From the NCBI GenBank assembly GCA_965223345.1, contig CBDCWG010000003.1, positions 1 to 13,485 on the forward strand: DNA of 13,485 nt. The letters run 5' to 3'. The notes beneath the pieces are model-generated. The model was given only the letters and a program-made list of their open reading frames with translations. It was not told where the DNA came from and did not search any database. Both the position numbers and the translations under genes were made by a program. Origin of the DNA: Nitrospinales bacterium (GTDB lineage Bacteria > Nitrospinota > Nitrospinia > Nitrospinales > VA-1). Shown here one piece after another: positions 6,938-13,485 of this stretch; the stretch's first letter is position 1, and the number at the start of each line of letters is the position of its first letter.

Positions 6938-7420
6938 TTATAACGCCTTATGCTTTTTGTAGGGGCGGTAGAATTTCTTGTCGATGGCGATCACGATGTC
7001 GTCGAGCGTGTAGCCCTGTTTGTACAGCTCGTAGGCATACAGCACCTCGTTGATGCAGATGTCGCACTTGGCGCCGTGCCTATTGGTGAAGCAGGTCAGC
7101 AGCGTCTTGTGCCCGTGCTCCTTCTTGCAGTAGCAATAGCAGAACTGGCTGTCGATGACCTTGGGGATTTCCGCCGCGATGCGGTAGGCCTGCGCCACCT
7201 TGCCGGTGAACAGCGCGTCCGAGAGCACTGGCCGCGTTTCGATGAGCGTCCCCGTCGCCGGCGCCACCGGCTGCACGTTTGCGGGCGGCTTGGTGGCCAC
7301 GTACACTCCGCTCAGGGCGACGGCCACGGCCAGAGCCAGGCCGATGAGCTTCGCCTTGCCTTGGGATTGCGCTTTCGGGGCGGGGGATTTGGGTTTGTTG
7401 CGGGATTTTTTCTTTCCCAT
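6938..7420 (-). CDS. CYCxC / PCYCGC-motif family Cys/His-rich membrane-anchored protein, 160 aa
   Basis: Basic N-terminus plus hydrophobic anchor, then AY..A.EIP.V....FCYCYC...GHK.LL.CF...HGA.C.IC..E, matching the PCYCGC/CYCxC family layout. Confidence 0.82.
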   Translation of the reverse strand: MGKKKSRNKPKSPAPKAQSQGKAKLIGLALAVAVALSGVYVATKPPANVQPVAPATGTLIETRPVLSDALFTGKVAQAYRIAAEIPKVIDSQFCYCYCKKEHGHKTLLTCFTNRHGAKCDICINEVLYAYELYKQGYTLDDIVIAIDKKFYRPYKKHKAL

Positions 7421-7475
7421 GGGAATTTCAGTGGTTTTGACCGCACGCGGTGTGGGAAACGTTCATGAATCTAAC

Positions 7476-7504
7476 ATTATAAGAATTGCCCGGACGGGAT
7501 TCAA
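7476..7504 (-). promoter_or_regulatory. Near-consensus sigma70 promoter for the CYCxC-tlpA-HP-cytb-grx operon
   Basis: Minus strand TTGAAT (7504-7499), 17-nt spacer, TATAAT (7481-7476), about 55 nt upstream of ATG 7420. Confidence 0.7.
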
Positions 7505-7566
7505 GGGGTTTGAATTGGTTAATAACGGCTGTTTTTGTAACGGTTTCCGAATGCGGGGGCGAGGGC

Positions 7567-8244
7567 TCAGCGGATCACCAGGTACCATTTGCTTAAGGTT
7601 CGCGGTGAGAAGCCCAGCAGGAACAGGGTGGCGATGACGGAATTGCGCAGGGTGGTGAACCACACGCCTTCGGTGAGCCAGCGGCGCGGCGAGGTGCGGG
7701 CCTTCTCCTTGAGCACGACGGTGGGGCCCTTTTGCTTGAGACGCTTGAAAAAGTCCAGGTCCTCGCAGATGGGCAGCGAGCGGAAGCCGTCCAGCTCTTT
7801 GAAGGTGCTGGACTTGACGAAGATGGCCTGGTCGCCGTAAACCAGGTTCAGGTAGCGGGAGCGCAGGGTTGCGAGCCGGGCGATGAGCCTGAGCGACATC
7901 TTCTCGGATGCGATGGCCAGGCTGAAGGCGCCGCCGACGCGCCCGTTTTCCGCCATGACGGCGACCATCTTGCGGTAGCTGTCGCGGTCCACCTCGCTGT
8001 CGGCGTGCAGGAACAGCAGGAGGTCGCCGGTCGCCGCCTGGGCTCCGGCGTTCATCTGCCGGGCCCGCCCGGGCGGGCTTTCGACGATTTTCGTGGCGTA
8101 GGATTCGGCGATGGCGCGGGTCCCGTCCTCGCTGCCGCCGTCGGCCACGATGATTTCGTGCGGCCGGTGCCGCTGGACGGCGCTGAGCGTTCGTTGTAAG
8201 ACTGTGGATTCGTTGAGCGTGGGGATGACGACCGAGACGTTCAC
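7567..8244 (-). CDS. GT2 glycosyltransferase, TIGR04283-type (rSAM/selenodomain- and arsenosugar-associated), 225 aa
   Basis: SVVIPTLNE, IIVADGGSED.T, GRARQMNAGA..A.GD.LLFLHADS, YGDQAIFV, LPICEDLDF, TSPRRW. GTG start at 8244. Confidence 0.88.
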   Translation of the reverse strand: MNVSVVIPTLNESTVLQRTLSAVQRHRPHEIIVADGGSEDGTRAIAESYATKIVESPPGRARQMNAGAQAATGDLLLFLHADSEVDRDSYRKMVAVMAENGRVGGAFSLAIASEKMSLRLIARLATLRSRYLNLVYGDQAIFVKSSTFKELDGFRSLPICEDLDFFKRLKQKGPTVVLKEKARTSPRRWLTEGVWFTTLRNSVIATLFLLGFSPRTLSKWYLVIR

Positions 8245-8569
8245 TAATTTGAGATCCTCAAAAAGGAAAAAGCTCCGTCCAGGCGAAAGAAAAGCGGTAT
8301 TTTTTGCGCTGCGATCGTGAAAGCGGGCTCAGTTAATCATAAAAGCCGCGACTTTGCAACGGCGTTCGCAATTTCAAATCAAGGGGAAACGCACCCTCTG
8401 CCAGGACTGAAAATGTGGCGGGTTCGGAGCGGGGAATTCCGTTTGACTTCGATCGTCCTGATGCGAAAGCCTTTAAGGTGGATTTGAAAAATAAATGATT
8501 TACAATAGAAGGCATTAGGGATATACACGGGAAAACCGTTGATGGCGGGTCCCCTTTTTCTTTAGAGCG

Positions 8570-9352
8570 ATGCTGGCCCACTTTATCGATTCCAAGAAAT
8601 TTCAATGCGGTTATTTCAAGGATCGCGAGTCGCTGTTCGAGGAATACCTGCTGGAAGACGTTTCCGAGGTGGAATTCGAATACCTGCTGGCGCACGGCAT
8701 GCGTCATTTCGGCGATTATTTTTTCCGGCCCCGCTGTCAGGACTGCTTCCAGTGCATCCCCATCCGCGTCCGGACGGACGATTTTCACATCACACGCAGC
8801 CAGAGACGGGCGCTCAAAGCCTGCAAGGGCATCAAAATCAAGGTGGGAGCGCCCAAATACACGGACCGCAAATTCAAGCTCTACCTGGAGCACAAAAAGC
8901 GGTTCCAGTCCCTGCAGGACGACGTCGAGGACGAGCAGAACTTCCGCCTGTCCTTTTACGTCAACACGCCGTACGGGATCGAGTTCGAGTATTACTGGGG
9001 TGACACGCTGATCGGCGTCGCCCTGGGCGATTTCACCAGCAACACGTTTTCCGCCATTTACACGTTTTACGTGGCGCCGCATCCCAAGATGAGCCTGGGA
9101 ACCTTCAGCATCTTAAAGCAGCTTGAGTTTTCCAAACGGCAGGGAATCAAGTATTTCTATCTGGGGTACTACATCGCCAACAACCAGTCGCTGATGTACA
9201 AGGCGAGCTTCCGTCCCAACGAAGTGTACATCGACCGCGAATGGCGGCCCTTCCGCAACACCCAGGGCGATTTCCTGATCCACAAGGACAAGCTGAAGTG
9301 GAGGAATCAGGAATTCCTCGTCAAGGCGGCCGCTCCCATGGAGCTGGCCTGA
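8570..9352 (+). CDS. ate: Arginyl-tRNA-protein transferase / Asp-Glu leucyltransferase (ATE/Bpt family), 260 aa
   Basis: CGYF, LAHGMRHFG.YFFRPRCQDCFQCIPIRV...F..TRSQRR, SAIYTFY, SLGTFSILKQ, YFYLGYYI...SLMYKASFRP.E. Confidence 0.9.
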   Translation: MLAHFIDSKKFQCGYFKDRESLFEEYLLEDVSEVEFEYLLAHGMRHFGDYFFRPRCQDCFQCIPIRVRTDDFHITRSQRRALKACKGIKIKVGAPKYTDRKFKLYLEHKKRFQSLQDDVEDEQNFRLSFYVNTPYGIEFEYYWGDTLIGVALGDFTSNTFSAIYTFYVAPHPKMSLGTFSILKQLEFSKRQGIKYFYLGYYIANNQSLMYKASFRPNEVYIDREWRPFRNTQGDFLIHKDKLKWRNQEFLVKAAAPMELA

Positions 9353-9359
9353 CCCGCCG

Positions 9360-9473
9360 CTAAATCACATCGAAGAACACCAGAAAGATCCAGATCACCA
9401 GGCAGATGTTGAAGATCACGCCGATGTGGAAGATCCAGTTGAACAGCTTGTTGTAGGTGAATTTGTAGTCCAT
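9360..9473 (-). CDS. Small single-pass membrane protein, 37 aa (absent from the ORF track)
   Basis: ATG 9473 to TAG 9360 encodes MDYKFTYNKLFNWIFHIGVIFNICLVIWIFLVFFDVI. Nearly all codons end in C or G despite AT-rich amino acids. It fills the gap between the LRR gene and ate. Confidence 0.75.
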   Translation of the reverse strand: MDYKFTYNKLFNWIFHIGVIFNICLVIWIFLVFFDVI

Positions 9474-9498
9474 CGTCTTTCGTCGGGTGCGGGTGGGC

Positions 9499-10311
9499 TC
9501 AGTCCATCACCAGGGTTTTCAGCCGTTTCGCCAGGCCGGAGCCGCGGATGATTTTACGCACCGGCCGGTCGATGAGATTGAGGCTCATGTAGAGCCGTTC
9601 CAGTTTGCTGAAGGTTTCCGAATTGGCGATGGCCTGGCCGCCGGCGTCGCGGATTTCGTTCCGCCAGATGCTGAGCACCTTGAGGTTCGTCAGGTGCGGC
9701 GAGCTGGCCAGAGCGATGGCGCCTTCGTTGCCGATCCGGTTGGAACACAGATACAATTTCACAAGCGGCGCGAGGCGTTCCGCATTCGCCAGCGCCACGG
9801 CGCCCGCATCGCCCATGCCGGTGCTGTCCAGGTGCAGCGCGGTCATTGCCGGAAAGGCGCTGGATGCGGCGATGGCTTCGGTGCCTTCGGCGCCGATGGG
9901 GTTGCTGTCGAGATACAGGATTTCCAGTTCCGGGAAATTTTTCGAATCCGCCAGGTGTTTCGCGCCTTCAGGGCCGATGTTGTTGGCTTCCAGCATGAGG
10001 CATTTGAGCCCGCGCATGCTTTCGGACTCGGCCAGCAGGGCCGCCTCATCGTCACCCAGGTTGTTGTGGTTCAAGTACAGCTTCTTCAGGTTGGGAAACG
10101 CCCTGAGTCCGGTGAGGGCCGCGACGGCGTCGCCGGACAAGTGGTTGTGGCTTAGATACAACTGCTCGACCGATGCCAGACCCTCCATGTCGTCGATGAA
10201 TTTCAATTCCTCAACGCCGATGTCCCGATCGTCCAGATCGAGCAGCGTTTTGTCCGCGTTCAGGCGCGAGCGGATGCGTGATTCCAGTTCCGATTTTGCG
10301 ACTTTTTCCAA
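9499..10311 (-). CDS. Leucine-rich repeat protein (RI-like), 270 aa
   Basis: About 8-9 tandem 27-residue repeats of consensus ..L..LYL..N.IG.EGA.ALA.S..F/L. TTG start is uncertain. Confidence 0.88.
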   Translation of the reverse strand: MEKVAKSELESRIRSRLNADKTLLDLDDRDIGVEELKFIDDMEGLASVEQLYLSHNHLSGDAVAALTGLRAFPNLKKLYLNHNNLGDDEAALLAESESMRGLKCLMLEANNIGPEGAKHLADSKNFPELEILYLDSNPIGAEGTEAIAASSAFPAMTALHLDSTGMGDAGAVALANAERLAPLVKLYLCSNRIGNEGAIALASSPHLTNLKVLSIWRNEIRDAGGQAIANSETFSKLERLYMSLNLIDRPVRKIIRGSGLAKRLKTLVMD

Positions 10312-10362
10312 CTGTGGGTTCCAGATATAATTTGCAAGACGGCAGCGGCATCAATCTATAAG

Positions 10363-10391
10363 ATTATACCTGAAAGATCAAACCCGCTTAA
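10363..10391 (-). promoter_or_regulatory. Putative sigma70 promoter of the LRR gene
   Basis: Minus strand TTAAGC (10391-10386), 17-nt spacer, TATAAT (10368-10363). Confidence 0.45.
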
Positions 10392-10531
10392 GTCCGCGCG
10401 ATAAAAATTCAGGTGAGGACGGCGGCGAATTTCGGTATAAATGATACCGTCCACACCGGGTCGTTCCGGTGCCCGGAATACCTTCCCAAAGCGGCGCAAT
10501 CCACCTGTTAAAGCGGAATCGAGGCGTATCC

Positions 10532-11644
<1,113 letters not shown>

Positions 11645-11649
11645 AACCG

Positions 11650-13485
11650 ATGACGCAACCGGCCAGTTTCGTACACCTGCACCTGCACACGATGTACAGC
11701 CTGCTGGATTCCTCGATCCGGCACGACGCCCTGTTCCAGCGCGCGGCGGAATACGGCATGCCCGCGGTCGCCATGACCGACCACGGCAACCTGTTCGGCG
11801 CGGTGGAGTTTTACAACGGCGCGAAAAAGCACGGCCTCAAGCCGATCATCGGCTGCGAGGTGTACGTCGCGCCCGAGAGCCGGACCGAAAAATCCAGCAA
11901 CCACCGCCTGCGCGACGCCTCCTACCACCTCATCCTGCTGGCCGAGAACGACACGGGCTATAAAAATTTAATGCGCCTGGTCACTTCCGCCTACCTGGAG
12001 GGCTTTTACTACAAGCCGCGGATCGATAAGGAACTGCTGGCCGAGCACGCCGAGGGCCTGATCGCGCTCAGCTCCTGTGGGCGCGGAGAAGTGGCTTACA
12101 ACCTCAACAAGGAGAACTTCCCGCGCGCGGTCAAGATCGCCGAGCAGTACCGCGACATCATGGGGCCGGACAATTTTTTCCTCGAGCTGCAAAACCACAA
12201 GCAGGACTACCAGGACAAGATCAACCGCGACCTGATCCGCCTGGGCGAGAAGCTGTCGCTGCCGGTGGTGGCCACCAACAACTGCCATTATCTGGAACGC
12301 AAGGATTTCCGGGCGCACGAAATTCTTTTATGTTTGCAGACGGGAAAGACCATCAGCGACCAGTACCGCATGCAGTACCCCTCGGACGAGTATTATTTCA
12401 AGTCTCCCGAGGAGATGATCGAGCTGTTCAAGGAAGTGCCGGAAGCCATCGAGAACACGCTCAAGATCGCCGAACGCTGCGACCTCCATATCGAATTCGA
12501 CAAGCTCAACCTGCCGGAATACCCGGTGCCCGAGGGCTACACGCTGGAAACCTATCTGGAGGAACGGGCGCGCGAAGGGCTCAACGAACGGCTGGAATGG
12601 ATGCGCGGTCAGGGCACCGAGCCGGACACCTCCGCGTACGAGGCGCGCCTGGATGAGGAACTGGGGATCATCCGCAAGATGGGCTATCCGGGCTATTTCC
12701 TCATCGTGTGGGATTTCATCCACCACGCCAAAAGCCAGGACATCCCGGTGGGGCCGGGGCGCGGCTCCGCCGCGGGCAGCGTCGTCGCCTACGCGCTGCG
12801 CATCACCGACATCGATCCTCTGGAGTACGGCCTGCTGTTCGAGCGGTTTCTGAACCCGGAGCGGGTGAGCATGCCGGATATCGACATCGACTTCTGCATC
12901 CAGGGGCGGGACGCGGTCATTCAGTACGTGACGGAAAAATACGGCGGCAACCAGAACGTGTCGCAGATCATCACCTTCGGCAGCATGAATGCCAAGGGCG
13001 TGCTGCGCGACGTCGGCCGGGTGCTCGACATGACCTACGGCGAGGTCGACAAGATCGCCAAGCTGGTGCCCAACCGGCTGAACATCACGCTCAACGACGC
13101 GTTCAACGAAGAGCCGCGCTTCAACCAGATGCGCAAGGAGAGCGAGAAGGTGGCGGAGCTTCTGGACATCGCCAGCGCGCTGGAAGGGCTGCCGCGCCAC
13201 TGCTCGACGCACGCGGCGGGGGTGGTCATCTCCTCGCAACCGCTGACTCAGTTTCTGCCGCTCTACAAAGGCGGCAACGACGAGGTCGTGACCCAGTTCT
13301 CGATGGGCAGCGTGGAAAAGCTCGGGATGCTCAAGATGGATTTTCTCGGGCTCAAGACGCTGACGGTCATCGACCAGGCGCTCCGGCTCATCAAGGAGGC
13401 GAAGGACATCGACCTCGACATTCAGGCGATTCCCTACGACGACGCGGAGACCTACAAGCTCCTGGGCGAAGCGCGGACGCTGGGC
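11650..13485 (+). CDS. dnaE: DNA polymerase III alpha subunit, 5' part (runs off the window)
   Basis: ATG 11650 opens MTQPASFVHLHLHTMYSLLDS..TDHGNLFGAVEFY..KPIIGCEVY (PHP domain), then GPGRGSAAGS, LLFERFLNPERVSMPDIDIDF, LPRHCSTHAAGVVI and LKMDFLGL. No stop before the window end, which is why the ORF track omits it. Confidence 0.97.
   Translation, partial: MTQPASFVHLHLHTMYSLLDSSIRHDALFQRAAEYGMPAVAMTDHGNLFGAVEFYNGAKKHGLKPIIGCEVYVAPESRTEKSSNHRLRDASYHLILLAENDTGYKNLMRLVTSAYLEGFYYKPRIDKELLAEHAEGLIALSSCGRGEVAYNLNKENFPRAVKIAEQYRDIMGPDNFFLELQNHKQDYQDKINRDLIRLGEKLSLPVVATNNCHYLERKDFRAHEILLCLQTGKTISDQYRMQYPSDEYYFKSPEEMIELFKEVPEAIENTLKIAERCDLHIEFDKLNLPEYPVPEGYTLETYLEERAREGLNERLEWMRGQGTEPDTSAYEARLDEELGIIRKMGYPGYFLIVWDFIHHAKSQDIPVGPGRGSAAGSVVAYALRITDIDPLEYGLLFERFLNPERVSMPDIDIDFCIQGRDAVIQYVTEKYGGNQNVSQIITFGSMNAKGVLRDVGRVLDMTYGEVDKIAKLVPNRLNITLNDAFNEEPRFNQMRKESEKVAELLDIASALEGLPRHCSTHAAGVVISSQPLTQFLPLYKGGNDEVVTQFSMGSVEKLGMLKMDFLGLKTLTVIDQALRLIKEAKDIDLDIQAIPYDDAETYKLLGEARTLG

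Noticed and set aside
4569..7420. Selenocysteine (TGA) read-through in the CYCxC, TlpA or glutaredoxin genes
   Set aside because: All motif positions are Cys codons, and the TGA stops fall at natural C-termini.
8380..8480. Possible riboswitch or ncRNA upstream of ate (CAGGAC 8402-8407 can pair with GTCCTG 8455-8460)
   Set aside because: Only short pairings are present and I recognise no riboswitch consensus. An Infernal/Rfam scan would be needed to support it.
11650..13485. Intein or split in dnaE
   Set aside because: The visible portion is collinear with ordinary DnaE (PHP then polymerase palm) with no insertion. The downstream part is outside the window.

Overview
High-GC bacterial chromosomal segment. 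Gene content and style are consistent with a Nitrospina-like organism, but that is an inference I cannot confirm. From left to right it contains: the 3' part of lysA and a DUF1801-like gene, both broken by single-base indels that are probably sequencing errors; a repeat-rich intergenic region holding a second, diverged copy of the lysA 3' end; a pterin-4a-carbinolamine dehydratase; a secreted protein; an MTHFSD-type 5-formyl-THF cyclo-ligase paralog with an apparent CTG start; and a SAM methyltransferase. Next is a five-gene minus-strand operon with its own sigma70 promoter (CYCxC protein, TlpA thioredoxin, His/Met/acid-rich membrane-anchored protein, Rieske-less b6-type cytochrome b, glutaredoxin-like protein). 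The remainder holds a TIGR04283-type GT2 glycosyltransferase, an Ate/Bpt aminoacyl-transferase, a 37-aa membrane protein missed by the ORF track, an LRR protein, ald and the 5' part of dnaE. The strongest candidate for an undescribed system is the orphan cytochrome b/thiol-redox/metal-binding operon at 4569-7504.
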